A DNA stretch of 64,000 bases from Eutreptiella sp. 'Long Island Sound 2002' (Eukaryota; Protista; Euglenida). The stretch spans positions 71,176,001-71,240,000 of the forward strand of contig OZ038379.1 in assembly GCA_964036045.1 (NCBI GenBank). Direction: 5' to 3'. Below are positions 50,002 through 63,175 of this stretch, one piece after another (the first letter of the stretch is position 1; each line of letters starts with the position of its first letter). The notes under the pieces are model-generated. The model was not told the DNA's origin, searched no databases, and saw only the letters and a program-made list of their open reading frames with translations. A program made the position numbers and the translations under genes.

Positions 50002-52479
50002 ACAACGTGCAAAGGCACCAATCGGACTTCATCAAAGAGTATTCCCAAGCATCGCACTGGTGTTTCGCAAAGCCATGTCGTTCCCCCGTGTGCCAAGGAT
50101 TGGGATGTACCTACAAAGGGCCGGGTAATGAGAACACTTTCCATGCGTCGCGCTGTTTGGGAAACCTACCCACATGTGGAATATAGTTTGTGCCTTGTTA
50201 GGCTACAGCTTGAAACCCATGTGACTTGTATTGAACTTGGTGTTGTGAACACTACCGAGCACCGAATGGGGCAAAACGGGTCGCTTGGTAAATACCATTT
50301 GTTGCTCATGTGACTCTCATTGAACTTGTTGTTGTTATCCAATAAACTAGGTTTCTCTAACTCTACGGCACCTGCAGCGCGCATGCAGCATCCCTGTGAG
50401 GCGCCTATGGCGCAAAAAGCACTCTCAATGCTCACCAAAAGTTAGGCTGCACCCACAAACAGTTGAGTAACACCCACCAAAAGTTAGGCCAAACCTGCAA
50501 ACAGTGCCACACTGCTTAGGGTTGGGGTCAGCAAGCTGGTGGAACTAGGAAAGCCTGCCCCCCTGCCCCCGGCAATGCCCAGCAACAAACCCCCGTTCTG
50601 GGAATGTATGCCTGGGGAATTTAGGCCCACCGAGAGGTTTGGGCTTGAAACTTGAGAATCCATATTTTCAAATGACCAATCAAACAAAGTATTTTTGGTT
50701 CCCAATAAAAAAAGAAGTGGCAGATCAGAGTCAATGTCCACCAAAATGCTCTGAGTGCTTTCTCGCAACTGGGTTGATCTCACAACATGGCTGGTGATGT
50801 GATTCCACTGCAGATCCGTGTGGAAGCAGCGCCAGTGGGACTTCAAAAGCTCCAGCTCCTCCCTTGACACAAACCACAATCAAAGCTGAGTGAATTGCTT
50901 GCAAAAATTGTGACAAAATGGATATGGAGACTACTGGCAAGAATCACAAGGGAGTCAGACTTTGTACAAGAATGATCATGCCCGTGGCCACTTTTCGTTT
51001 AGGTGACGTGTATTGCAACCAGTTGCCCCCCCACATGCCATTTGTCTATGTGACCAATAAGGGCTCTCCTGTTTACTTAGGGAGCTGGTGGCTGCAGGCA
51101 CGGAAAAAGGGACTTGGTGTGCTATGCAGTGATGCAACCAAGCATCCTTGGATTTACTGCAACAAGGGCAGGGACTGAGGGGGGGGGGGGGGCAGCAAAG
51201 TGCACACAAAGCGGGCATTTGATTGTTTCGTACATCAACCACGTGGGGGAATCTCAAAGAAAAGCCTCGAACAGCAGCAGAATATCCATAGCAAACTCAC
51301 TGGAAGATATTTGCTCAGAGTGCACGGTACTTCACTCAGTGCAGACACCCTCCCCAACATTGGGTTTGGCATTCCATCAGCAAACTGTGTCACTAGTAAC
51401 AGAAAAAGAGGATTGTTGACTCAATTCATCCACGTTGCCAACTCACAGCATCCTTGGACACCTCATTTCAATACTTTGCATCCCGCTCCATGTGACACGG
51501 GGGGGGGGGGGGAGGGAAAAAGCAAATGCACTAAAAAGCCAGCAACTCTGCAGCAGGACAGGCACCAATTTGGGCAGAGGAGACAGAGATAACACAGAAT
51601 CTGTCATGTCCTGCAATGAAAAGTGAGCGGACAAAAATCTAATAAGATGACAAAGCGGGAATTAGCGCACGAAATGGCCGAGAATGAGGTAGGTTGCTTT
51701 AGAAAATCGGATACCATGAGTGTGAGAGAAGGGCAGAGGGAGGCAAAGCAGGGATCCTGTTCCTTGAGGAGAAGAGCAACCAACGAAAGTCATTAAAGGA
51801 AAGGGGGGGCAGGGCTCCTATGCTTCAGCAGAAACCATCGTAAATGGTGGGAAGCAATTGACTGAAAAGCTCCTGAGATATTGTTTTCAGCCAGGTCAAT
51901 CATCCTTCATCAAAGCCCCCCCCCAACCCCATCCCCATGTGCAATGAAAGAGTTCATACAAAATTATACGTGGTGTGAATGCCTGTACCAGGGCTTTCAA
52001 TAAATGTGCACTTTGCCCGAATGGAGGCCCATGGCCCATAGGGCCTGTGGATGGCACCATCCAGGCTGTGATCCCCACACTTCATTAGTCCACTACACCT
52101 GTCCTCCCCCTCTCTGTGAGCTATGACTGTTCCATTTTTACTGGGGCAGGGCAGGTGCTTCATGGGTAAGGGATGGAGGTGAAGGGACTGGCTGAATGAG
52201 GCAGGGGCACGGAGGTGTAAACCTTGCAATGAGGCCGTAGAAAACTTCAGGCAGGGGGGGGGTGTAGATGTATCAGACTGTGGTTTGCCGGCCGCCGTTG
52301 GCCCCCATTCCCTTTCCATCTGTTCCTCCCTCCTATGGGGGTGAAAAACCGGGACATCGTGTCCTCCTGTCTGCCCATGGACCGTGTGTGCAAGGAGACA
52401 ATTGTGGTCAGTCAAAGCAAGGGCAGAGACAAGTAGACAGTCAGGGAACATTCAAATGTGGCCCTGCTGCAGTGATTGC

Positions 52480-52830
52480 CATTGCCGTTGCAGTTCCGCT
52501 CCCTTTGTCACCGTTGGTTGTTGCACCACCTTTGGTACCTTTGGTTGTTGCGCTACTTTTGTCAAAGCATCAACAACAACGGTGGCGCCGAGGCTGCCAT
52601 TGCTGTTGTGCTACCTTTGTCACCTTTCGCTACCTTTGTCACCTTTTGCTAAAATGCCATACGGCAAAGCATCAATTCTGAAGTGGGGCCCTGCTGCTGC
52701 TGTTGTAGTGCCTTTGTTGGGGTCACCAGTCCAACAGTAAATCACCAAAGCATCAAGGTTGGAGTGTGGCCCTGTCGTTGCCATTGTGCTAACCTTGTCA
52801 CCTTTGGTTGTTGAGGTCACAAGTCGAGCA
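52480..52830. repeat. Degenerate tandem repeat (CACCTTTG/GGTTGTTG, AAAGCATCAA motifs)
   Basis: AAAGCATCAA recurs at ~52564, 52667 and 52747, together with GGCCCTG-CTG motifs. Confidence 0.55.
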
Positions 52831-54893
52831 GTGTGCTAAGTCACTAGAGCAAAGCATCAAGTAAATCACTCGAGCAAAGAATCAAGGTTCAAAACTGGCT
52901 GGGCCACCACCTCATGTGCACAAAATTCTACCATTGGGTGATTTACTCCACCCTCTTCCACAATCCCAATTCTATGATTTGTTGAATTACCCTACCCACA
53001 CCCACATCCCCACTTCCAGGCTCTCTAGGCGATGGACTTTACAAAGTAGATAGTGTCAGACCTAATCATTGGTGAGCACTGTCTGCAGAGAGCAAGCACA
53101 GCCGATGGCAAGGAGGTGTAAAGTTGCGTGTAAAACGGCTAAAATGGCTTTTATAACAGGGACACTGAAGGGTCTGCTTTTCCTGCAGCGATCAGGTGTC
53201 TAGAGTTCAGGTTGGGCAGGTAGGTTCTGGTGACCAAGTTGGGCTGGAGACGAGGTCAAAACTACAGAGGTAGCTGCAGACACGGTCATAACTGTGAGAC
53301 AGTAGGGGTGGCTGCGCACCCCGCCGGCTACTGGATGAAATCTACCACAAATGGTCCTCCATCAGAAGCCCTCAAAATAGTGTCCCTTTGAGGTCCTCCC
53401 AATATGGTTCACTTGTCTGGGGTGATTTTGGAGTGCCCTAAGGGACCCCAAATGGTGGCCCTGGGTACACCCCCACTATATGCACCGTGCGCACCATCTG
53501 GTCAGGCCCCAAAAGGGAGTGGCACCAGACCAGTCAGAAGTGACTCCATAGTCGCAGGTACCCCTGAGACAGTCCACAGGGTACTGCACGGTTGTTCAAG
53601 GCCCCTAGTGTGTGGCCATGAGAAATTCTTCATGCTGACTGGCTATCAGAACTGATAGAAGGCGCACGCAGGCTTTCTGGGCACTTCAGACCAAAGTGCA
53701 TTGATGGCGCCGATAGGGTTGGAAAGGAGGGGGGATGCAGAGCTGCACGTCAACCGTGGAGGGTGTGTATGGTCCCAGGCTGGAAAGTGGAAGTGGAGGG
53801 GTTGGGGGTGGTTTGCAAGTATTCCCCCCCCCCCCCCCTAGTGGCAGCATGTGACACCACTGTACCCCTCCGATCTCGCCCCCATCCCTTCGTCCATGTT
53901 TGATCCAGAAGAAAGTTACGAAAGGGAAACAGGAGTGAGTATACAACACAGGCACAACCCCAGCCCCCCAGCGCCTTGCTACCACTGCCACCACTCCTCT
54001 CCAGGCCCTGCCCCAGGCCTCTGTAGAAGCTTCCTTGCACCTTGCGGGAGCCCCCTCACATTGTTGGCACAGTATAAATGGGTCTTGCACCAACACGCTG
54101 TTCAGCACTTGCTACTGTCATCAATGGCCCGGGCACTAGTGTAGCCCAAGCACTTCTCTCCCTTCACTCTCTGCAAGCCCTGAAGACCTCAATGCAGGGC
54201 AGCAGTTGCATTCAAGCTGGAGGAGACTTTCCAGCCGAGGGACATGCACGCAAAAATACCTCTTAGCGCATCAGCAACAGGGGATCTAGTGAACATTGGC
54301 ATTCACACTTAGGTGACTGGTGCGGGGCGCGCACATTAAATTTTGGGTAAATAAAAAGCTTTCACCCGCCAGATGCACCCTCTCAGAAAGGACCCAGATA
54401 GCAGCATGTGCGCCAGGAGCACAGCGAGCAAAGGGTCAGCTGATGATATTCTGATTTTCTGAACTAGCAATCTGCAGCCTGCAGGTGGCCAGAATGTCTG
54501 GACTATTCAACCTCTCAAGCGGTGAAGAGTAGCGGCAGCATGAATAACCACCTTCCCACGCATCCCATATTGTATGCATGAGAGATCACCAGGGTAGTAC
54601 AAGGAGCCAGAACATCACCAGGAAGCTGCTCATTTTGCACTGCTGCGATGACAGAAGATGTGGGTACCAGATGTGGAACCCAAGACAATGACAATGTGTT
54701 GCAGACCTGTGGACTAAAAGACAACTGGTACAATGCAGACCTCAGGGGATTTAGAGTGAAATGGGGTAACAGCTCAGCAGCACTGCAGGGCAACAACCAA
54801 GCAAAACAATGGGGTAAGGTATGAGGTAAGGTTTGACAGAAAAGCGCGTCCTGCTGGAGTACTGAACCCCCTTTTCCAATGTGCCCATTATTA

Positions 54894-55523
54894 CAGGGGG
54901 GGGAGGGATTTTGCACCGGGAATTTTTCGCACGAGAAAACTTCGCACCGGGTTTATTTCGCACAGTGGCCTGAAAATTGAGGAGGAAATTTCGCATGCTT
55001 CCAAGATTTTTTACCTCTGGAGGTTCCTGCAAAGCCACAAGAAGACGAATGCACATAGGAATCCCATCAAAAATGGTTTGCGATCATGCAACTGAGAGCA
55101 CAAAATGCTGAGACCCCTCCAGGTTCTGAAACTGATCGCGCTTCTTCTTCGTCCCCAGCAATCTCCGACGACAGCGCATCTTTCTGTATCTGTTTCTGCA
55201 CCTGTTTCTGCCTCCATGTCTGCAAGTGGCAGTGACAGTGAGCCTGCTGCAAAAAAGACCAAGCAGTGTGTCTCCAGGTCCCCAGGTGATGTTGTGGCAC
55301 CCTTGGGTACAAGCACTACACCCCCGCGTTGGCTCGAGCTGGGCCATGCATTGCGGATCATTGATGAATTGAAGAAGCGCCGGCGGGGTGGTGACACGCC
55401 AAGGTGACTAAATTTCGACATGAGTATATTTCGCACAGCGGCCTAAAAATTGAGCCAGAAATTTCGCACACAGTTGAAATACGAACAACGAAATATTCCT
55501 GTCGCGAAATCCCCCCCCCCCTG
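54894..55523. mobile_element. TA-flanked (Tc1/mariner/pogo-type) non-autonomous element, 630 bp
   Basis: TA|CAGGGGGG...GATTT(T/C)GC TIRs; ends CCCCCTG|TA; 41-bp direct subterminal repeats near 54955 and 55429; internal ORF 55105-55407 ending WLELGHALRIIDELKKRRRG. Confidence 0.8.
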
Positions 55524-58314
55524 TAAGTTTTGTGAACAGATGAAAAAACCCCTTGCCAATGCGCTAAGGGTCAGGGCAGAACCCCCTTGCCGATACGGTG
55601 GGGTCACTGCAGAACCACTCTCTTGCCGACGCGTTGTGGGTCACTGCAGAACCCCCTTGGTAATGTGCTAAGGTGTACGTTGTATGCATCCCATGGGGCA
55701 GGGGCATGTAGAAACCGCCCTCCATCGCATCACCATGTGCCCCATCCCTTTGATGACCAAGCTCTGGGTCTAGCGTAAGGTCCGGCAGCAGTAGTGCAGG
55801 GACAATTTTTTTCCGCTTCCAGACGCACGACTGGACATCCCACTATGTGCATTTGGGGAATTCACAAATGCACCTGCTGCAATAGAGAAAGAGACAGAGA
55901 GAGTGAAAGGAGGAGGAGGCAGGGAGAGGGGGGGTTGGGTGACACCCAGGCCCCCATCCCTCTTTTGGGTCAAGTTGCGCCCTCCTCATCCATAAATAGG
56001 GTTGCTAAAATTTGGCCTCCCAGCCCCTGTAATTGAGGCATAAGCCCTCTCAAAGGAACTGCCAGTACCAACCCCTTGGTTGCCGTATCCTACCGTCAAT
56101 ACCTTGGGTCTCTAACAAAAGTCAGCAAAGAGAATGGCAAACTAGACCCAAGCGTGATGAGGGACAGAACGCAGCGGAGCATCACCAAACAGTGTTTTGG
56201 CGGATGGATGTGTGCAGTGATGCGGGTGGGCCCTCAAAGGGAGTCCAGCCAGCTGACCATTGTGTGGGGCAGGCCCTGCGAAGAGTAATCCACTCCGTTG
56301 TTGACCATCCAGATCCCAACCAACATCTTCAGACTGGTCGCTTCTGTGGAATACAGGGCCAAGGACAAGGGCTACTGAGCCATTAGATGGATGCAGTAGA
56401 ACACTTGGCATCATATGAAGACAGTGAAAGGGGGCGGTGGCAAAGGGGACGTGGTGGCACGGTACACGCGCCCTGCACATGGTTTTTGGTGAAAGCTTGA
56501 ATTTCGGGTAGGCAGACTAAGACAAAAAGGCCTTGGACAACTACACACAAAGCAGGGCACAGACCAAAAGAAACGTGCCCGTGCCCCCCTTCCCCAGTTG
56601 CTGGGTCCGCTGCTGAAGGGGGTAAATTGCGAGAATTCGCACAAAAATCCTGCGGACAATTGAACAGTCTGGTTGGTTGCATTCCTCTGCAGCCATGCAC
56701 TCATTGTAGGAGGAGAAAGCTACCCCCCTGGGCCGCTGACCACCAACTGGCTGGCACACTCCTCGTAGCCACAACCTGGGATCTCATATTCTGCAACGCA
56801 TCCTGCTGCCCTGATCAAAGGCACCTCCCGTGGCAATAGCGGTGCAGTACGCCTTCCGCATGCACACAACATTCCCATAGCCCTTGGCGGGTGCACTTTT
56901 GAATTTTCCCCTGAGGATTTTTGTGTTGACCTGTTGGAGTAGTTGTGGATATTTTCGGGTTTCATTCGAAAGCCCTCTTGCCCCCAAGCGCACATTTTCT
57001 GTGGCCGAAAATGCGTCCAAAATTGGTCAAAATTGCACCCCAAGGAACAGGCCCAGAAAACGTTTTTGGAGGCATTTTGAGGCTGTATTGACTGGTTTTG
57101 GCCGAGAAAAATTCCGAAAAGGCCATGACAAACACTGGAAATGGGCCCCATGGGTCAAGAATGCATTATTCCCAGACCTCTTTGGGTGCAACTTCTTGAG
57201 GCACTCGGGGCTGGACCTGTCTTGACCCGCAGAATGTCCCCTGGGATCCTGCTGTGTTCTGGAGCCATCTGGGGCCATGTGGAGCTGCGCAGAGGACAAA
57301 CTGCCCAAAACATAGCCATATCATAGAGAGGAACGCAGGAGAAAGGGAAAGAGCGATTTTCCCTCTTTTGCCAGCCGCTGACTGGCTAAAGGCCCAACTG
57401 TAGATCATGGTAGATGGGGTTTGACTGGAGCTAACTAACGCCAAGGCCAAGGCTTCCATGAGCACTTGACTCTGTTGCACCCACATAAGGGGGAGCTCTT
57501 TGCAGCCCCCCTTTGCACAGGTGCAAGCTTGGAAACTGGGCTCGGTGCTTTTTACTTTGTTGCATCATCCATACCACAGCCATTGTCACCGCTATCTGAC
57601 ACCCCATGAGACATGAGAGTCATACTTCGGCAGGACCTTTTAGGGAGGCTGAATTCATCGAAGTTCGACGTGCAATGCCCAAAGCAAAGTGGGCCTTAAC
57701 ACCGAGAACGGGGCCACTTAGACCCACAGACAGAAATGTCAACATGTATGGCAACATACGGAAATCCAACGTGTATGTGTCATTGAAGTAAAGGTTGTTT
57801 TCTTTGCCTGAGCAGATGAATGGAAATGTGTCAAGACGTTGGTCGACCTCAAGTAGAAAATTGAAGTTTCCGGGGCAGTGATTCTTGATGTGTCCCGTGT
57901 CCCTGTTAAAACTCTCTGGGGGCTTTCAGCATCTGTGTCTGTTTCCGCCCTGTTCTCGCCTGGCATATCTGTAAGGTGGTTCCGGCCTCTCATGAAGAAG
58001 ACCCCAACTCCAGGTGCAATAACCTGTTGCCTGTTGGGGCTGCCATAGCATTTCTTCAGCCAGAACAATCACGACCACTTTTGGGCTTGTGGTGTTTGTT
58101 CCTGTCCATTTTGCAGTCATTTCATATCAGTCAGTTGTAGGTTTTTTTTGGTCGATGCATCCTATTGCAGATTTGCAGATTGTGCTTCCAATATGCATTG
58201 CCCGCCTTGGTACCCCAAGAAGGAAATCAGTTCTGCGTGATGCTGGATGGATTCATGAGTGTGAAAGATGCCGAGACTTTGGCAACGCACCACGTACCTC
58301 ACCTTCTCAGAGTA

Positions 58315-58346
<32 letters not shown>
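58315..58346. repeat. (AG)n microsatellite
   Basis: Seen directly in the sequence. Confidence 0.95.
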
Positions 58347-58349
<3 letters not shown>

Positions 58350-59057
58350 CGTGTTATGGTTGTACCGCTTGCCCTGCTGCGCATTTCCGCAGGATGTTTG
58401 GTGCATTTTGTCGCGATCGTTTCATGGAGTGCAGGGGTTTCTGTGCTTGGAATGGTTGGAGGGGAATGGCAGAATGGTCGGAGGGCATTCTTAAACAACA
58501 AAAAGCCACAAAGAGGTCTGCACAGCCTCACTCCGAGTTATCTTCGAAAACATTTTACAACCTCAACACACAGGAGGCACAGCTGTCTGGCTACCCGTTC
58601 CCAGCAAAGCAGCAGCACCACTGAGGGGACAAAGCACTGGCACAAAGCATACCCCCAAAAACAAACATATGATCCTCGTGAATGACGCTCGTGTGCCGGT
58701 ATCTTTTGCTGGGAAGTGGGCCTTCCGTCTTGGGTTGCATCCAGCGTTTGGTTTCTACAAAGTAGGACGCAAATGTGCCTCGACTGGTCGAGCAGGCACA
58801 GATGAGAAGAAAGGCTTCGGTGCAGAGAAGAGGGGATTTTTGAAAAAAAATGCAGAAAATGTTGAGGCTTTGAGAGCAAACAGGGGGCAGGGGAATGGGG
58901 GGTTGCAGCTGCACCAGGGTAGGACATGCTATGCCATGCAACACATATACGTGCTGGGCAGTGCACTGTGCTGGGTGCCAGATGCTTTGTGGTGTGTGGT
59001 CTGTGGTATATGGTCTGTGGTGCTGTGCGCTGTGTGCTGCGTATTGTAGGTAGTGTA

Positions 59058-60688
59058 CAGGCCTCCTAGGTATCCTCATCCGAAAGTCTCTGAGTACCCG
59101 AACACCCGCGGAAAAATGGGATAAATGGAAAAATGGAGGGAAAATGGGGGAAAATGGGGGAAAATGGAGGAAAATGGGTGAAAATGGGCATTCCAAACAC
59201 ATGCGAAAATGTACAACGATAGCAAGATACGAGACAGTGGAAATGCGCAAATGCATTGGACACTCAACGGCATTGTACCAAAGCACACAACACCTTAGCC
59301 CACCAGAAATGTGATGGCTATGGCGCCGGAACGACGCCATTGAAACAAAAAGACACATACGCCTTGTGGGTGCCTTCCTTCATACTGAGCTGTTTTTCGG
59401 AACGCACGCGCTTCCAAGCTGCGAAGGACCGTTCCAAATCACAAGAAGTATGTGGAATGGCTAGGATGCGTCGCGCCACGTGGTACAGGTTGGGCAAGCG
59501 CACAGCCATGCCCTCCCATCATCCAAGGATGTCACCCAAGAGGCATTGTTATACATGTTTTGACTTGAGGCTTTCCTCCGTTCCAACCGTTTTCTTGTGA
59601 ACGGTCGGAGGCTCTTGGTATCCAAAACTTGCTGCAATTTGCAATCCAGCTGGTGCACTCTATTAAAAACACGATGCATCACAGGTTTTGGGCGTTGGTT
59701 CTCGCAACGTGCACAGAAAGTGGCTACCACGGAGACTTGGGGAGCACTTACTGCATGCCGTAGGGGCGCGCTGCGGGGTAAGGGTAATTAGCTTGAGTGT
59801 ACACTGTCTAGGAAATATATACGCCGGAACAAAAAAGTTCCGTGCACATTGATCTGTTGACACCATCGCTCTCTACAAAGGAGTGATTGCAGCACTGCCA
59901 CATCGAGCCGGGGCTGAGCTCAAGGGCGGGATCTTCAATGAGCGGCAAACAGCATTTGTATAGTGCCTCATCTTGCCCGATGTGGTGCTCAAAGCACCCT
60001 TACACGCCACCATAGGTTTGGTTTAGCTTAGTTTAGCAGATTACCTCCAAAGCCCACAAAACCCATTGTTCCGTAGAACCATTTTGGGGTCCGTAGAGGG
60101 GGGGTCCCCCCTACCCCCCCCGGGGTCCTAGCTGGCAACCACACCCGTGCTACCTAAACCTTGCCGTCTCTGGAGGGGCCAAAGCAGGGACGACGCAAAA
60201 TTCATACACGGCCCATTCCATATTGGGGACGGGCAACAAGTGCACCAATTGTGAGGGGAAGAGGCCCAAAAAGGTAAAAATAGCAACAAAAACAGGGAAA
60301 ACGGGCGTAGAGGTGCATGCGTTACATAAAAACGTATGTGTGTATGTGCCACTATATTGCCTCTGCTCCAAGATAATTACTCAAATTGCGCGCTGCAGGG
60401 TGCCCCGCAAGTGCCGTAGGTGCCGCAGGATAAGCAACCCCTTGAAGCTTGTCCATGAGGTCAAACACTTCATGTGCATACTCTACTACAAAAAGCAGCA
60501 GCAACCGGACCTCAGCGGCATTTTGCATTGAACCAAACGCTAGTGGTGGTGAGCATCTATGGAGCCTAAGCCTAAGCACAAGTAGTAGTGGTGCTATTCA
60601 AAAACTAGTTATCCGTTATCCGCATGGAAAAATGGGGAAAATGGAAGGTATCCGCAGGATCTACCAAATGGGATACCTAGGAGGCTTG
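59058..60688 (-). mobile_element. Internally deleted hAT transposon
   Basis: 18-bp TIR CAGGCCTCCTAGGTATCC with one mismatch; flanks share TAGTGT (degenerate TSD); GGAAAATGG subterminal repeats; inserted in a GTG-rich repeat. Confidence 0.8.
59318..60579 (-). pseudogene. hAT transposase remnant (C-terminal half)
   Basis: RLPNLYHVARRILAIPHTSCDLERSFAAWKRVRSEKQLSM...FCFNG dimerisation domain; upstream AEVRLLLLFVVEYAHEVFDLMDKLQG. Confidence 0.85.
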
Positions 60689-62079
60689 CATAGTGTGCCA
60701 CGTGATGTGTGCCATGTGGTGTGCACACCCTTGTGGTGTGTGGTGCGTGGTTTGTGGTCTGTGGTGTGTTGTGTGTGCTGATGTGAGGTGCAGTTAGCTG
60801 TAAAATGCTATGCTATACTGTGATGGGGCAGGAGTAAGAGGGAGATGGGACAGGAAAAGGGCCCTTTGGTGCAACACCCACACATGCACACACACACTAC
60901 GTTCAACCAAAACATAAGTGCAAAAGAGAACTACTCTCACTCCAGAAAGGATGTTGAGAGGATGAAAGGATGTAGTTAACAACAGGCAATACACAAACAA
61001 AACAGGATACAACCCAACTTTGACAAACACATACATGCATTACCTCACAGGAGGCAAAACTGACACTGTACACAATCGGCGACCGGTGCTCTGGGCCCAC
61101 TGCAACTTGGGCTCTCCCAAGCCATCCCTCTCCATCAGCGAGCACCTTGGTGTGACGTCTCACTGACATGGCTGACTTCTTGGAGGGGTGAGCCGCTGCA
61201 CCAAGGGTCCAGTCGCTCAGTACACACAGCACAGAGGGAGAAGCAGTACACTGTAGCAGTACACAACACACCCGTAACACACCTTAACCGGTATGTTGCC
61301 CTCCAAACTGGTGCGGACCCAATCAAGGTCAAGCACGCAGACACGCATACACACAGGTTCTGGGTGTGGCAACATCTGGGACTCGGCTACATGGCGTCAT
61401 AGGGCAGTGGGGCATAGGTGAGCAGTGGTAGGCGGCTGCAATAAATGTGCAAGGTGATCATGTGGGTGCTACTTCAAAGCTGCACAGTGAGCAGCGGGCC
61501 CTGAAAGTGGCTCCAAGTGAAAGTGCCTCTCCTACATGAAAGCTCTTGGCACAGGCGTTTGTGTCCAGGGGGAGTGGGGCCTATTTGGGTCTTGGACGCT
61601 ATTGAGAAGTGGAAGGGAGAGGGTTAGCAGGTTGTAGCCAACCTGAAGCCTGCCATTGCCCATAGCATATTGCGGCACCATGGAAGGACTGAGGCCCCCA
61701 CTGTCTTGTGGGATCATGGGGGGCGCCCAGGTGCAGTCCTTGACGCCGACACCCCTTAAACATTTTGGCCCCTTGAAGGGGTGGTGGTGGTGGGTCTGCA
61801 CGACTTGCACCTGCACTGGTATGGGCTGGAGCTTGGCTCGGGCCCACCCACCCCACAATGGACCATCACGCGTTGTGGGGGGTTGTGACTGGGCACACAA
61901 ATTTGTCCCTGCCTGCCAAGGTAGGTTTTGAAAAGCTACATGGGTCCCGGTGACAAGGGGCTTAGAGCTCGCTTCTCCCACTTAGGGCACGTACTGTGGA
62001 GGTAACTCCATCCGTGGTTACCTTCTCATGAGATAGACAATGAACTGAGTTGTCCCCTGTTGCTCCCCGCTGTACAAAA

Positions 62080-62453
62080 AACTGACCGGCTCGGTGAGGG
62101 CAAGCTACCGCATGGCGAGTCCGGCGACTCCCAAGGGTCGGGGTGCACCTCTAGATGCTATCACCAGCTGGGTGTGATCCACCGACCCCTCACGTGTACC
62201 ACTTACGCCCTGACCACTGAAAGGAACTGGCTCTGTCAGGGAGTGCCGCCGCTTGGCGAGTTGGAGGACACCAAGGAGAAGATGACCCCTGTTTCTCCAA
62301 GCAAGCCCTTTCACTTCAATGGTCAAAGTAGTTGTACACGTGAGGAGTCGGTGGATCGATCCCAGCTGGTAGCAAAATCTAGAGGTGTACCCGAACCCTT
62401 GTGAGTCGCCGGACTTGCCATGCAGCGGCTCTCCCTTGCCAAGCTGGTTAGTT
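62080..62453. repeat. Long imperfect inverted repeat (~140-bp arms, ~80-bp spacer)
   Basis: 62086-62224 matches the reverse complement of 62307-62447 at roughly 80% identity by eye. Confidence 0.85.
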
Positions 62454-62799
62454 CCAACCACAATCGGACGGGTACACGACACTTGGGACACGGGACACTC
62501 GTCGGGCTTGCCATGCGGTGGCACTCCCCCGAGGTGCACTCGACTGTGACATTACAAGGTGGTGGTCGTGTGGCCCTGTCCTCACACCCTGCCCTCACTT
62601 GCTCTTGCATTGGCCTGTGGGGCTATCGGGGGTGAGCCACACCATCATAATGCACTCGTCTTCGAAAACCTGCATAGTGTGGTGCCTAGGTGCCCCCGGT
62701 GGGGCCCTCGGACCCCACCCATGTCCCGCCGTCCGGGAGGGACGCGCCCAGCCGATGCCTGGAGGTGAAGAGGGGGGGGGGGGCAGACCAAAAACCACC

Positions 62800-63175
62800 C
62801 CTTTCTCTAAACCAACAAGGTGTCCAGGCAATATTCAAACCCACACCCCTGCGCAGCCACCTCCCGGTCGATTTACGCCCAAGGCAACCTTGCTGATCAT
62901 CTCATAATGATCTCCACTCATGTTGGTTCTCATAAATGAACAAAGTGGCAGGGACACGGTGGCCTGAGGGGTTAGCATACAACAACGGAGGTCTCATTGC
63001 AGTCTATAGCATCAGCTACAGGGCGGGCAAAGCTTTGGCGAAACGGGTGCTGGATCCAACAGTATCACGGCCCGGCGACAAGTTTCGCCCCACGCCAAAT
63101 TCTACCTCGTGCCGGGGTTGAGCTTCAAGGGCGGGCTCTTCAATGAGCAACGAACAACATTTGTATAGCGCCTTC
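62800..63175 (-). pseudogene. Second hAT transposase remnant
   Basis: 63110-63172 aligns with 59905-59965 (ALYKCCxxLIExPALE on the minus strand); downstream ISKVAL resembles the start of the dimerisation domain. Confidence 0.5.

Noticed and set aside
54030-54370. RGLPQG and KAF words suggesting LINE reverse transcriptase (minus strand)
   Set aside because: Motif spacing is about twice the expected distance, no YADD-like motif follows, and there are many stops
57625-57930. ICSGKENNLYFNDTYTLDF, Kelch-like (minus strand)
   Set aside because: Single partial repeat without the GG and W hallmarks
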